From Pseudomonadota bacterium (lineage in GTDB: Bacteria; Pseudomonadota; Alphaproteobacteria; Kiloniellales; JACOMY01): a DNA stretch of 64,000 nucleotides. The position numbers and the translations under genes are program-made. The number at the start of each line of letters is the position of its first letter. Positions within the stretch are counted from its first letter, which is position 1. The DNA lies in NCBI GenBank assembly GCA_029781795.1, contig JAKOWB010000072.1:68331-132330 (forward strand). The letters are read 5' to 3'. The notes below the pieces were generated by a model. It was not told the origin of the DNA. It ran no database searches and worked only from the letters and a program-made list of their open reading frames with translations. Of this stretch, positions 1 through 9,887 are shown piece by piece.

Positions 1-852
1 CTGGGCCTGCGCGACGTGATGGACGACCCCGAGCTGCTGGAGCACGAGTGGGAGCGCAAGCAGGTCGTCCCGGCGCTCAGCAACTACTACGACGACATCT
101 GGATCTATGGCCTGCCGCAGGTCTGCGACCCGCTGGCCGGCATCGAGCTGCCGCCCTCGGTGCGCAAGAAGATGACCTATACCGGCTACCTCAGGCGACA
201 CCTGCCCAAGACGCAGTCGACCCTGGTGCTGGAGAAGATCGAGGCGCCCTACGTGCTGGTCACGGTCGGCGGCGGCGGCGACGGCGAGGAGATCATCGAC
301 TGGGTGCTGCGCGCCTATGAGAGCGACGCCGCGCTGCCGCACCCGGCGCTGCTGGTGCTGGGCCCCTTCATGGCCAGCGAGCGGCAGTCGGAGTTCCTGC
401 TGCGCGCCGCCCGCCTGAAGAACGTCGAGGCCATCACCTTCGACGCCCGCCTGGAGAGCCTGCTGGACCGCGCCATCGGCGTGGTCTGCATGGGCGGCTA
501 CAACACCTTCTGCGAGGTGCTGTCCTTCGACAAGCGCGCGGTGATCGTGCCGCGCACCCGGCCGCGCATGGAACAGTTCCTGCGCGCCAGCCGGGCGCAG
601 GAACTGGGCCTGGTCACCATGCTGGCCGACGACGAGCAGCGCGACGCGCACGACATGGCAACTGCCCTGCGCCAGCTGCCGCAGCAGAGCCTGCCCTCGT
701 CGGTGGTGGTGCCCGGCCTGCTGGACGGCCGGCGCAACGTCGTGCGCCTGACCCGGAAGTGGCTGGCCGCCGGCGCCCGCCGCGCCCCGCAGAACGCGAT
801 GCAGAGCGAGATCGACCAGCGCCGCCGCACTCTGGCCAAGCCAGGGGAGTAG
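1..852 (+). CDS. Glycosyltransferase, COG4671/GT28-like C-terminal domain; 5' end is outside the window
   Basis: ORF runs from the window edge to a stop at 850-852. The GGGGDGEE glycine-rich segment and overall similarity to the COG4671 paralog at 3974-5128 (VLVTVGGGG vs VLVSTGGGA) support the call. Confidence 0.6.
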   Translation: MGLRDVMDDPELLEHEWERKQVVPALSNYYDDIWIYGLPQVCDPLAGIELPPSVRKKMTYTGYLRRHLPKTQSTLVLEKIEAPYVLVTVGGGGDGEEIIDWVLRAYESDAALPHPALLVLGPFMASERQSEFLLRAARLKNVEAITFDARLESLLDRAIGVVCMGGYNTFCEVLSFDKRAVIVPRTRPRMEQFLRASRAQELGLVTMLADDEQRDAHDMATALRQLPQQSLPSSVVVPGLLDGRRNVVRLTRKWLAAGARRAPQNAMQSEIDQRRRTLAKPGE

Positions 853-938
853 CCGCGCCGCCGCCGGCGCGTATTGTCCCGACAATCCGCCGGCCTGCGG
901 CTTGACGCTCTTCGCCGCGGCTCTCTAGGGTCCGGGGC

Positions 939-2237
939 ATGCCGCAGCCGCCTGTTTCCCCCGCCGCCGGCCCGCGCCAGCCGCCGATCGCCGTGCTGCT
1001 GAAGGGCTATCCGCGGCTGTCCGAGACCTTCATCGCGCAGGAACTGCTGGCGCTGGAACGGCTCGGCCTCACGCTGCGGCTCTATTCCCTGCGGCGGCCG
1101 ACCGACAAGGCGGTCCACCCGGTGCACCGCGAGATCAAGGCGCCGGTCGACTATCTGCCGGAGTACCTGCACGAGGCACCGCTGACGGTGCTCAAGGCCT
1201 GGTGGCGCGGCCGGCGCCTGCCGGGCTATCGCGCGGCGCGCGCCGCCTTCCTCAAGGACCTCCGCCGCGACCGCACCCGCAACCGTGTGCGCCGCTTCGG
1301 CCAGGCGCTGGTGCTGGCGCAGCGCCTGCCGGCCGAGGCGCGGCTGATCCATGCCCACTTCCTGCACACCCCGGCCTCGGTCGCGCGCTACGCGGCGATC
1401 CTGACCGGACGGCGCTGGAGCTGCTCGGCCCACGCCAAGGACATCTGGACCCTGCCCGACTGGGAAGCGCGCGAGAAGCTGGGCGAACTGGCCTGGATCG
1501 TCACCTGCACGGCGACCGGGGCCGAGCGGCTGAAGGCGTTGGCGCCGGCGCCGGAGAAGGTGGCGCTGGTCTATCACGGCCTCGACCTGGCGCGCTTTCC
1601 CTCGCCCGGGGCCCGGCGGGCGCAGCGCGACGGCCGCGACCCGGCGGCGCCGGTCATCATCCTCTCGGTCGGCCGCGCCGTGCCGAAGAAGGGTTATGAC
1701 GACCTGCTGCCGGCGCTGGCGGCGCTGCCGGCCGAGCTCAACTGGCGCTTCGTCCATGTCGGCGGCGGCGAACTGAAGGAAGCGCTGCGGCATCAGGCCG
1801 AGGCCCTGGGCCTCGCGGCCCGCATCGACTGGAAGGGCGCGCTGCCGCAGGACCAGGTGCTGGCGCTCATTCGTCAGGCCGACCTCTTCGTACTGGCCAG
1901 CAAGGTCGCCGCCGACGGCGACCGCGACGGCCTGCCCAACGTGCTGATGGAGGCGCAGAGCCAGGGCCTGGCCTGCCTGGCGACGCGCCTGCCGGCGATC
2001 GAGGAGCTGATCGTCGACGGTCAGACCGGCGTCCTGGCGCCGCCGGGCGACCCCGCCGCGCTGACCGCCGCGCTGGCACGCCTGATCGCCGAGCCGGCGC
2101 TGCGCCAGCGTCTGGGCGCCGCCGGCGAAGCGCGGGTGCGCGGTGCCTTCGATGCCCGGCGCACCATCGGCGCCATTGCCGAGCGGCTGGGCGCCGCGGC
2201 GGCGTGGAACGGTGCCACGGCCAAGGCGGTTTCCTGA
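939..2237 (+). CDS. Glycosyltransferase family 4 (WcaL-like EPS glycosyltransferase)
   Basis: 432-aa ORF with ATG at 939. The C-terminal GT4 core has an EX7E-type motif (LPNVLMEAQSQGLACLATR). Confidence 0.75.
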   Translation: MPQPPVSPAAGPRQPPIAVLLKGYPRLSETFIAQELLALERLGLTLRLYSLRRPTDKAVHPVHREIKAPVDYLPEYLHEAPLTVLKAWWRGRRLPGYRAARAAFLKDLRRDRTRNRVRRFGQALVLAQRLPAEARLIHAHFLHTPASVARYAAILTGRRWSCSAHAKDIWTLPDWEAREKLGELAWIVTCTATGAERLKALAPAPEKVALVYHGLDLARFPSPGARRAQRDGRDPAAPVIILSVGRAVPKKGYDDLLPALAALPAELNWRFVHVGGGELKEALRHQAEALGLAARIDWKGALPQDQVLALIRQADLFVLASKVAADGDRDGLPNVLMEAQSQGLACLATRLPAIEELIVDGQTGVLAPPGDPAALTAALARLIAEPALRQRLGAAGEARVRGAFDARRTIGAIAERLGAAAAWNGATAKAVS

Positions 2238-2239
2238 CC

Positions 2240-3382
2240 ATGCGCGTCGCCTTCTATGCCCCGATGAAGTCGCCCGACCATCCGGCCCCGTCGGGCGACC
2301 GCACCGTCGCCCGCCTGCTGCGCCGGGCGCTGCGCGAGGGCGGCCACGAAGTCGAACTGGCCAGCCGCTTCCGCAGCTGGATCAAGGCGCCGGACGAGGC
2401 GCGCCAGCGCCGCCTCGAAGCCGTCGGACGCAAGCTCGCGGCCCGGCTGATCCGGCGCTACCGCGCCCGGCCCGAAGGCGAGCGGCCGCGGGTCTGGTTC
2501 ACCTATCACCTCTATTACAAGGCGCCGGACTTCATCGGCCCGCACGTCGCGCGCGCCCTCGGCATTCCCTACCTGGTGGCCGAGGCCTCGCTCTCGGCCA
2601 AGCGGGCGGAGGGACCCTGGGCCTTTGGCCACCAGCGCGCGGCCGAGGCCATGGCGGCCGCGCACAGCATCATCACGCTCAATCCCGACGACGTCGCCGG
2701 CCTGGACCCGGCCTGGCGGCAGCGGCGTCTGGCGCCCTTCCTCGACACCGCGCCCTTTCGTGCCGCCGGCGCCGCGCGGGCAGAGCACCGCGCGCACTGG
2801 GCCGAGCGGGCAGAGGCCGATCCGCGGCAGCCCTGGCTGGTCGGCCTCGCCATGATGCGACCTGGCGACAAGCTGGAATCCTATCGCCTGCTGGCCAAGG
2901 CGCTGCGCGGCCTGCCGGACCTGCCCTGGCAGCTCCTGGTCGCCGGCGACGGGCCGGCGCGCGGCGAGGTGGAGCAGGCCTTCCAGGCCTTCTCCAGCGG
3001 CGCCTCGAAGCGCATCCGCTTCCTCGGCGAGGTGAAGCCCGAGGCCGTGCCAGGGCTGCTGGCGGCCGCCGACCTCTGCGTCTGGCCGGCGATCGGCGAG
3101 GCCTGGGGCATGGCGCTGATGGAGGCGCAGGCGGCCGCCACGCCGGTGGTGGCGGGCAAGCGGCCGGGCGTCGCCGCCATCGTGCGCGACGGGCGCAGCG
3201 GTATCCTGACCAAGCTGGGCGACGCCGCCACCTTCGCCGCCGCCATCCGCGCCCTGCTGACCGCGCCGGCGCTGCGCCGCCAGATGTCGCTGGCCGCCGC
3301 CGAGGACATGGAGCGCGAGCACAGCCTGACCGCGGCGTCGGAGCGCCTGACCCATCTGCTGAACGAAGCGGTCGGCCTATGA
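2240..3382 (+). CDS. Glycosyltransferase family 1/4
   Basis: Internal ATG at 2240 (MRVAFYAPMK) lies 3 nt after the previous stop. The C-terminal GT-B fold motif is WGMALMEAQAAATPVV. Confidence 0.75.
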   Translation: MRVAFYAPMKSPDHPAPSGDRTVARLLRRALREGGHEVELASRFRSWIKAPDEARQRRLEAVGRKLAARLIRRYRARPEGERPRVWFTYHLYYKAPDFIGPHVARALGIPYLVAEASLSAKRAEGPWAFGHQRAAEAMAAAHSIITLNPDDVAGLDPAWRQRRLAPFLDTAPFRAAGAARAEHRAHWAERAEADPRQPWLVGLAMMRPGDKLESYRLLAKALRGLPDLPWQLLVAGDGPARGEVEQAFQAFSSGASKRIRFLGEVKPEAVPGLLAAADLCVWPAIGEAWGMALMEAQAAATPVVAGKRPGVAAIVRDGRSGILTKLGDAATFAAAIRALLTAPALRRQMSLAAAEDMEREHSLTAASERLTHLLNEAVGL

Positions 3383-3392
3383 AGGCCGGGTC

Positions 3393-3977
3393 ATGAGCCG
3401 CCTGCTGGCGCTGCGCCATGCCGCGACGGCGTGGAACGAGGTCGGCCGCTATCAGGGGCGCAGCGACCAGCCGCTGAGCGCGGCCGGGCGCGCCGCCGCC
3501 GCCGCCTGGCACCTGCCGGCCTTCGCCCGGGACTGGCCGGTCGCCGCCTCGCCGCTGGCACGCGCCCGCGAGACGGCGGCGGCGATGGGGCTGGCGGCGA
3601 CGCCGGAGCCGGCGCTGATTGAGATGGACTGGGGCCGCTGGGAGGGACGCACGCTGGAGGAGATCGCGGTGGAGGAGGGGGTCGGCCTGGCGGCCAACGA
3701 AGCGCGGGGACTGGACTTCCAGCCACCGGGCGGCGAGAGCCCGCGGCAGGTCATGGCGCGGTTGCGGCCCTGGCTCGCCGGCCTGGCCGGGGACCAGGTG
3801 GCGGTCGCTCACAAGGGCGTGCTGCGCGCGCTGCTGGCCCTCGCCACCGGCTGGAACTTCCTCGGCAAGCCGCCGGTGAAGCTGGCGGCCGGCCGGGCGC
3901 TGCTCTTCAGCCTCGACGCCGCCGGCCGGCCCAGCCTGATCCTGCCGACGCTCAGCCTGACGGAGCCTGCGACGTGA
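3393..3977 (+). CDS. Histidine phosphatase family protein (phosphoglycerate-mutase-like)
   Basis: The N-terminal RHAATAWN motif is the RHG catalytic-motif type. The 194-aa ORF sits in the GT operon. Confidence 0.7.
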   Translation: MSRLLALRHAATAWNEVGRYQGRSDQPLSAAGRAAAAAWHLPAFARDWPVAASPLARARETAAAMGLAATPEPALIEMDWGRWEGRTLEEIAVEEGVGLAANEARGLDFQPPGGESPRQVMARLRPWLAGLAGDQVAVAHKGVLRALLALATGWNFLGKPPVKLAAGRALLFSLDAAGRPSLILPTLSLTEPAT

Positions 3978-5128
3978 GCCGGCGCGTGCTCTTCTACGTC
4001 CAGCACCTGCTGGGCATCGGCCACCTGCGGCGCGCCGCGCGCATCGCCAAGGCGGCGAGCGCCGCCGGCCTGGAGGTCGACTTCGTCTCCGGCGGCCTGC
4101 CGCATCCCGGCCTCGACATCGGCGGCGCGCGGCTGGTGCAGCTGACGCCCGCGCTGCGCACCGTCGACGAGAACTTCAGCCACCTGGTCACCGCGGCGGG
4201 CGAGCGCTACGACCCCGAGGACGCCGCCGAGCGGCGCGACCAGCTGCTGGACCTGCTGCGCGACACCCGGCCGGCCGTGGTGCTGACCGAGATGTTCCCC
4301 TTCGGCCGGCGGCAGATGCGCGGCGAACTGCTGCCGCTGCTGGAGGCGGCGAAGGCCGCGCCCTGGCGACCGCGCGTGGCCGCCTCGGTGCGCGACATCC
4401 TGACCACGCTGAAGCAGCCGGGGAAGGCCGACTGGATCCTGGCGACGGCGCGGCGCTACTACGACGCGGTCCTGGTGCATGGCGATCCCTCGCTGGTGCC
4501 CTTCGAGCGCACCTTTCCCCAGGCAGCGGCGCTGGCCGACCTGATCCGCTACACCGGCTACGTCGTCGGCAGCATGCCGCCGGCTTCGGCCCGGCACGAT
4601 GGCGAGGTACTGGTGTCCACCGGCGGCGGCGCGGTGGCCGAGCCGCTGGTCGCCGCCGCGCTGGAGGCCCGGGCGCTCTCGCCCCTGGCCACGGTGCCCT
4701 GGCGCGTGCTGATCGGCGACAACCTGCCGGAGGCGCGATTCGCCGTGCTGGCCGCCGCGGCGCCGCCTGGCGTGACGGTGGAGCGCTCGCGGCCCGACTT
4801 CCTGGCGCTGCTGGCGGCCGCCCGCCTGTCGATCAGCCAGGCCGGCTACAACACCACGCTGGAGGTGCTGGCCGCCGGCACGCCCGCCGTGGTGGTGCCC
4901 TTCGCCGCCGGCAGCGAGACCGAGCAGACCCTGCGCGCCCGCCTGCTGGAGGAGCGCCGTCGCCTGGTGGTGGTGGAGGAAACGGGCCTGACGCCGGCGA
5001 GCCTGGCCGCCGGCATCGCCCGCGCCCTGGCCTTGCCGCCGCCGCCGCCGCTGCCGCTGCGCCTGGACGGCGCGGCCGAGACGGCGCGCCAGCTGCTGGC
5101 CCTCGCCGCGGCGAGCGGTGGCGGCTAG
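3974..5128 (+). CDS. COG4671-like predicted glycosyltransferase (MurG/GT28-like fold)
   Basis: GTG at 3974 overlaps the upstream stop (GTGA). N-terminus is RVLFYVQHLLGIGHLRR; the C-terminal STGGG segment is paralogous to ORF 1-852. Confidence 0.7.
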   Translation: MSRRVLFYVQHLLGIGHLRRAARIAKAASAAGLEVDFVSGGLPHPGLDIGGARLVQLTPALRTVDENFSHLVTAAGERYDPEDAAERRDQLLDLLRDTRPAVVLTEMFPFGRRQMRGELLPLLEAAKAAPWRPRVAASVRDILTTLKQPGKADWILATARRYYDAVLVHGDPSLVPFERTFPQAAALADLIRYTGYVVGSMPPASARHDGEVLVSTGGGAVAEPLVAAALEARALSPLATVPWRVLIGDNLPEARFAVLAAAAPPGVTVERSRPDFLALLAAARLSISQAGYNTTLEVLAAGTPAVVVPFAAGSETEQTLRARLLEERRRLVVVEETGLTPASLAAGIARALALPPPPPLPLRLDGAAETARQLLALAAASGGG

Positions 5129-5139
5129 GATCGGCCGAC

Positions 5140-5721
5140 ATGCTGGAATTCCGCTACCCCTCGCGCGCGCTGGTCGGCGACTGGCTGCGCACCATCTGCG
5201 GCCTGGTCATCGGCCTGGGCGTCCTGCTCTTCACCCCGCCGGTGCTCTGGCGGCTGGTGGTGTTCGGCGGCATCGCCGTGCTGTTCGGCTATTTCGGCTG
5301 GCGGACGCTGGAGCGCCAGCTGCAGCGTGTCTTCCTGTCCGACGAGGGCGTGGCGGTGAAGGACTGGCGCGGCCGCGTGCTGCCCTGGTCCAGCCTCAGC
5401 GGCCTGCGCCTGCGCTTCTACGGCACCCGCCGGCAGCATCGCCGCCTGCACGAGGGCGAGGACACGACCGGCGGCTTCCTGGAGCTGCGCCTGGCCTTCG
5501 CCGGCAGCAGACTGGTGCTGGATTCGGCCCTGCCGGGCTTTGCCCTGGTGGCTTGGCGGGCCACCCAGGCGGCGCGCGCATGCCATGTGAAGCTGGACCC
5601 GGTGACGGCAGGTAACCTTTTGACCTTAGGGGTCGATCCGGATCAAGATACCGCTCCGCCGGAGTACGCCGCTGAATGGGCCGAAGCGCAGGGACCGCGG
5701 ATGGGCGTTGCCGGGGAGTGA
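5140..5721 (+). CDS. Hypothetical membrane protein with two TM helices and a cytosolic domain
   Basis: ATG at 5140. Two hydrophobic helices lie near the N-terminus. Placed between the GT genes and the ABC genes. The C-terminal 40 codons have lower GC and may be non-coding. Confidence 0.45.
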   Translation: MLEFRYPSRALVGDWLRTICGLVIGLGVLLFTPPVLWRLVVFGGIAVLFGYFGWRTLERQLQRVFLSDEGVAVKDWRGRVLPWSSLSGLRLRFYGTRRQHRRLHEGEDTTGGFLELRLAFAGSRLVLDSALPGFALVAWRATQAARACHVKLDPVTAGNLLTLGVDPDQDTAPPEYAAEWAEAQGPRMGVAGE

Positions 5722-5801
5722 CGTGCGTCGTGCATTGGGGTGTGTCGGGCATCGCCACGGGAGGCGGTGTCGGCGCTTGGGCGAGGGGGTAGGGCGGGAC
5801 C

Positions 5802-7682
5802 GTGGCGGATCTGTTGTCGGTCGAGGACCTGAAGGTCGCCTTCGACCTGCCGGAAGGACGGCTTGAGGCCGTTCGTGGCGTCTCCTTTCGCGTTCGCCCC
5901 GGCGGCACGGTGGCGCTGGTCGGCGAGTCCGGCTCCGGCAAATCGGTGGTCAGCCAGGCGATCATGGGCATCCTGCCGCGCACCGCGCGGATCGAATCGG
6001 GGCGCATCGCCTTTGCCGACCCGGCGGCCGGCGGCCAGGTCATCGACCTGGCGCAGCTCAGTCCGACGAGCGAGGCCTATCGCGCGATCCGCGGCGGGCG
6101 CATCTCCATCATCTTCCAGGAGCCCATGACCTCGCTGTCGCCGGTGCACACCGTCGGCAACCAGGTGATCGAGGCGCTGGAGCTGCACCGCAAGGCCAGC
6201 CCCGGCGAGGCGCGCCGCATCGCCGCCGAGATGCTGGGGCACGTCGGCTTCCCCGACCCCGAGCGGGCGCTCAAGACCTATCCCTTCGAGCTGTCGGGGG
6301 GCCTGCGCCAGCGCGCGATGATCGCCATGGCGCTGGTCTGCCGCCCGGCGCTGCTGGTGGCGGACGAGCCGACCACGGCGCTCGACGTCACCATCCAGGC
6401 ACAGATCCTGAAGCTGCTGCGCGACCTGCAGCAGGAACTCGGCATGGCGCTGCTGCTGATCACGCACGACCTGGGCGTGGTCGCCAACATGGCCGAGGAA
6501 GTGGTGGTGATGTACCACGGCGAGGTGATGGAGCGCGGCACGGTCAGCGACATCTTCGCCCGGCCCGAGCATCCCTACCTCAAGGCCCTGCTGCATGCCG
6601 TGCCGCGCTTCTCCATGGCGCCGGGCGAGCGCCTGACGCCGCTGCGCGAGATCCAGCACACGCCGGGCAGCCATCTGATGCGTGCGCGCGAGGGCGGCGA
6701 GAAGATCGACGAGTCCAAGGTGCCGCTGCTGGAAGTCCAGGGCATCCACAAGCACTACAAGCTGAAGCAGGGCGGCCTCTTCGCCGGCGGCAAGCGCGAG
6801 GTGATGGCGGTCGACGACGTCTCCTTCAAGGTGATGCGCGGCGAGACCCTGGGCCTGGTCGGCGAATCGGGCTGCGGCAAGACCACGCTGTCCAAGATCA
6901 TCATGCGCGCGCTGACGCCCGACCACGGGCGCATCGGCTTCAACAGCCGGGGCCAGCGCATCGACGTGCTGGGGCTGAAGGGACAGGATCTGGTCGAGTT
7001 CCGGCCGCGCCTGCAGTTCATCTTCCAGGATCCCTATTCCTCGCTGAACCCGCGCATGACGGTCGGCGACCTGATCCGCGAGCCGCTGGACATCCACAAG
7101 GTCGGCACCCCGGCCGAGCGCCAGGCACTGGTCGACGAGCTGCTGGCGGTGGTCGGCCTCAGGCCCTTCCATGCCAAGCGCTACCCGCACTCCTTCTCCG
7201 GCGGCCAGCGCCAGCGCATCGGCATCGCCCGCGCCCTGGCGCTGAAGCCCGAGCTGGTGATCTGCGACGAGCCGGTCTCCGCGCTCGACGTCTCGATCCA
7301 GGCGCAGATCCTGAACCTGCTGAAGGATCTGCAGAAGGAGCTGGGCCTTACCTATCTTTTCATCAGCCACAACCTGGCGGTGGTGCACTACATCGCCGAC
7401 CGCATCATGGTCATGTGCAAGGGCCGCATCGTCGAGATGGCCCCGACGGCCGCGCTGTTCCGCAATCCGGTGCACCCCTATACCAAGGCGCTGCTGGCGG
7501 CGGTGCCCGAGCCGCGGCTGGAGGACAAACTGGACCTGGCCGCGCTGATGGCCGGGCGGGCCAGCGACCCGGCGCTCTGGCAGGAGCCCTTCACCATCTC
7601 CGAAGGCCGCAAGCCGCAGCTGATCGAGGTGGAACCCGACCACTTCGTGCGCGCCCTGCCCGGCCAGCTGGCCGCGGCCTAG
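5802..7682 (+). CDS. ABC transporter ATP-binding protein with duplicated ATPase domains (peptide/opine/nickel uptake family, YejF/GsiA-like)
   Basis: Two Walker A motifs (GESGSGKS and GESGCGKT) and two LSGG signatures. The start is GTG. Confidence 0.85.
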   Translation: MADLLSVEDLKVAFDLPEGRLEAVRGVSFRVRPGGTVALVGESGSGKSVVSQAIMGILPRTARIESGRIAFADPAAGGQVIDLAQLSPTSEAYRAIRGGRISIIFQEPMTSLSPVHTVGNQVIEALELHRKASPGEARRIAAEMLGHVGFPDPERALKTYPFELSGGLRQRAMIAMALVCRPALLVADEPTTALDVTIQAQILKLLRDLQQELGMALLLITHDLGVVANMAEEVVVMYHGEVMERGTVSDIFARPEHPYLKALLHAVPRFSMAPGERLTPLREIQHTPGSHLMRAREGGEKIDESKVPLLEVQGIHKHYKLKQGGLFAGGKREVMAVDDVSFKVMRGETLGLVGESGCGKTTLSKIIMRALTPDHGRIGFNSRGQRIDVLGLKGQDLVEFRPRLQFIFQDPYSSLNPRMTVGDLIREPLDIHKVGTPAERQALVDELLAVVGLRPFHAKRYPHSFSGGQRQRIGIARALALKPELVICDEPVSALDVSIQAQILNLLKDLQKELGLTYLFISHNLAVVHYIADRIMVMCKGRIVEMAPTAALFRNPVHPYTKALLAAVPEPRLEDKLDLAALMAGRASDPALWQEPFTISEGRKPQLIEVEPDHFVRALPGQLAAA

Positions 7683-7691
7683 GAGCGAGAC

Positions 7692-8690
7692 ATGCTCAGC
7701 TACCTGATCCGCCGCATCCTGATCATGGTGCCGACCCTCGTCGTCACCTCCTTCATCATCTTCGCCATCATCCAGGCGCCGCCCGGCGACTACCTGGAGA
7801 CCTACATCGCCGAGCTGCAGAGCCGCGGCGAGGCGGTCGACCAGGCGCGTATCGACCTGCTGCGCAGCGAGTACGGCCTCGACAGGCCCTTCGTCGAGCA
7901 GTACGCGGTCTGGGCCTGGAAGCTGATCCAGGGCGACATGGGCTACTCCTTCGAGTACCAGGCGCCGGTGACCGAGGTGGTGGGCGACCGCCTGTGGCTC
8001 ACCTTCATCATCTCGCTCGCCACCATCCTCTTCACCTGGATCGTCGCCTTCCCGATCGGTGTCTATACCGCCGTCCGGCAGTACTCGATCGGCGACTACG
8101 TGGCGACGACGATCGGCTTCCTCGGCCTCGCGGTGCCGAACTTCCTGCTGGCGCTGATCATGATGCACTTCCTGAACATCTGGTTCGACGTCGAGATCGG
8201 CGGCCTGATGGACAGCGCCTACGTCGACCAGCCCTGGACCGGGGAAAAGATCTTCTCGGTGCTGACCCACATGATCGTGCCGGTGATCGTCATCGGCACG
8301 GCGGGCACCGCCTCGATGATCCGCCGCCTGCGCGCCAACCTGCTGGACGAGCTGTCGAAGCAGTACGTGGTGACCGGGCGCGCCAAGGGCCTGTCGCCGC
8401 TGAAGCTGCTGATCAAGTACCCGCTGCGCATCTCGCTCAACCCCTTCATCGCCGACATCGGCAGCTACCTGCCCTCGCTGGTCTCCTCGGCGGCGGTGGT
8501 GTCGATCGTGATGAACCTGCCGACCACGGGCCCGATGCTGATCGAGGCGCTGCGGAGCCAGGACATGTATCTCGCCGGATCCTTCCTGATGTTCCTCTCG
8601 CTGCTCACCATCATCGGCGTCTTCATCAGCGACCTGGCGCTGGCGCTGCTCGACCCGCGCATCCGTCTGGAAGGGGGAGCCACGAAATGA
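7692..8690 (+). CDS. ABC transporter permease (DppB/YejB-like)
   Basis: 332-aa ORF with multiple TM helices. N-terminus MLSYLIRRILIMVPTLVV is typical of BPD_transp_1 family DppB-like permeases. Confidence 0.85.
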   Translation: MLSYLIRRILIMVPTLVVTSFIIFAIIQAPPGDYLETYIAELQSRGEAVDQARIDLLRSEYGLDRPFVEQYAVWAWKLIQGDMGYSFEYQAPVTEVVGDRLWLTFIISLATILFTWIVAFPIGVYTAVRQYSIGDYVATTIGFLGLAVPNFLLALIMMHFLNIWFDVEIGGLMDSAYVDQPWTGEKIFSVLTHMIVPVIVIGTAGTASMIRRLRANLLDELSKQYVVTGRAKGLSPLKLLIKYPLRISLNPFIADIGSYLPSLVSSAAVVSIVMNLPTTGPMLIEALRSQDMYLAGSFLMFLSLLTIIGVFISDLALALLDPRIRLEGGATK

Positions 8691-9880
8691 GCGGCCCCTT
8701 CAACCCTTCGGATCGCCGCGACGAGCTGGCCGACCGGCTGGAGCACTGGAGCAACCCCTCGCCCTTCGATCCCGGCTCGGTCGAGACCATGACCGAGGCG
8801 CAGGAACGCTACTTCCAGGCGCCGGCCTGGAAGCTGATCTGGTGGAAGTTCCGCCGCCACAAGCTGGCGCTGATCTCCTTCTGGTTTCTGCTCTTCCTCT
8901 ACATCTCGATCCTCTTCGTCGAGATCATCGCCCCCTACAACCTGCAGAGCCGCAATAGCGACTTCATCTACGCGCCGCCGCAGTCGCTGCACTTCTTCCA
9001 CGAGGGCGAGTTCGTCGGCCCCTTCGTCTATGGCCTCGACTACTCGCTGAACATGGAGACCCTGAAGCGCGAGTACACCGAGAACCCCGGCAAGGTGCAG
9101 CCGATCCGCTTCTTCTGCGCCGGCGACGACTACGCCTTCTGGGGCATGATCCCGATGGACTTCCATCTGATCTGCCCGGCCGAAGGCGGCACGCTCTACC
9201 TCCTGGGCACCGACCGGCTGGGACGCGACGTGCTCTCCCGCATCATCTACGGCGCGCGCATCTCGCTCACCATCGGCCTGGTGGGCATCGCCTTCTCCTT
9301 CCTGCTCGGCATCTCGATCGGCGGCGTCGCCGGCTACTACGGCGGCTGGGTCGATTCCATCGTGCAGCGGCTGATCGAGGTGGTGCGCTCCTTCCCCGAG
9401 ATCCCGCTGTGGCTGGCGCTCTCGGCCATCCTGCCGGTGACCTGGTCGCCGCTCTGGGTCTTCTTCGGCATCACGCTGATCCTGGCGCTGCTCGACTGGC
9501 CGGGCCTGGCGCGCGCCGTGCGCTCCAAGCTGCTGGCGCTGCGCGAGGAGGATTTCACCGTGGCGGCGCAGCTCATGGGCGCCAGCCCCAAGCGCATCAT
9601 CTTCCGCCACCTGATGCCCAGCTTCTCCAGCCACCTGATCGCCAGCCTGACGCTGTCGATCCCCGGCATGATCCTGGCCGAGACGGCGCTGTCCTTCCTC
9701 GGCCTCGGCCTCAGGCCGCCGATCACCTCGTGGGGCGTGCTGCTGACCGAGGCGCAGTCGATCAACGTGGTCGAGCTCTATCCCTGGCTGCTGCTGCCCG
9801 CGGTGCCGGTGATCGTCACGGTGCTGGCCTTCAACTTCCTCGGCGACGGCCTGCGCGACGCGGCCGACCCCTACAGGTAG
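8687..9880 (+). CDS. ABC transporter permease (DppC/YejE-like) with a long N-terminal extension
   Basis: ATG at 8687 overlaps the upstream stop (ATGA). The C-terminal permease core is DppC-like. Confidence 0.8.
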   Translation: MSGPFNPSDRRDELADRLEHWSNPSPFDPGSVETMTEAQERYFQAPAWKLIWWKFRRHKLALISFWFLLFLYISILFVEIIAPYNLQSRNSDFIYAPPQSLHFFHEGEFVGPFVYGLDYSLNMETLKREYTENPGKVQPIRFFCAGDDYAFWGMIPMDFHLICPAEGGTLYLLGTDRLGRDVLSRIIYGARISLTIGLVGIAFSFLLGISIGGVAGYYGGWVDSIVQRLIEVVRSFPEIPLWLALSAILPVTWSPLWVFFGITLILALLDWPGLARAVRSKLLALREEDFTVAAQLMGASPKRIIFRHLMPSFSSHLIASLTLSIPGMILAETALSFLGLGLRPPITSWGVLLTEAQSINVVELYPWLLLPAVPVIVTVLAFNFLGDGLRDAADPYR

Positions 9881-9887
9881 GCGCCGC

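Noticed and set aside
5643-8270. 875-aa antisense ORF opposite the ABC ATPase/permease genes. Similar very long antisense or alternate-frame ORFs occur at 2021-3355(-), 2679-3812(-), 28036-30555(-), 30165-32135(-), 34841-37048(+), 9871-12018(-) and 11706-13961(-).
   Set aside because: These are typical high-GC artefacts with Arg/Ala/Gly/Pro-rich low-complexity translations. The opposite-strand genes have clear family signatures.
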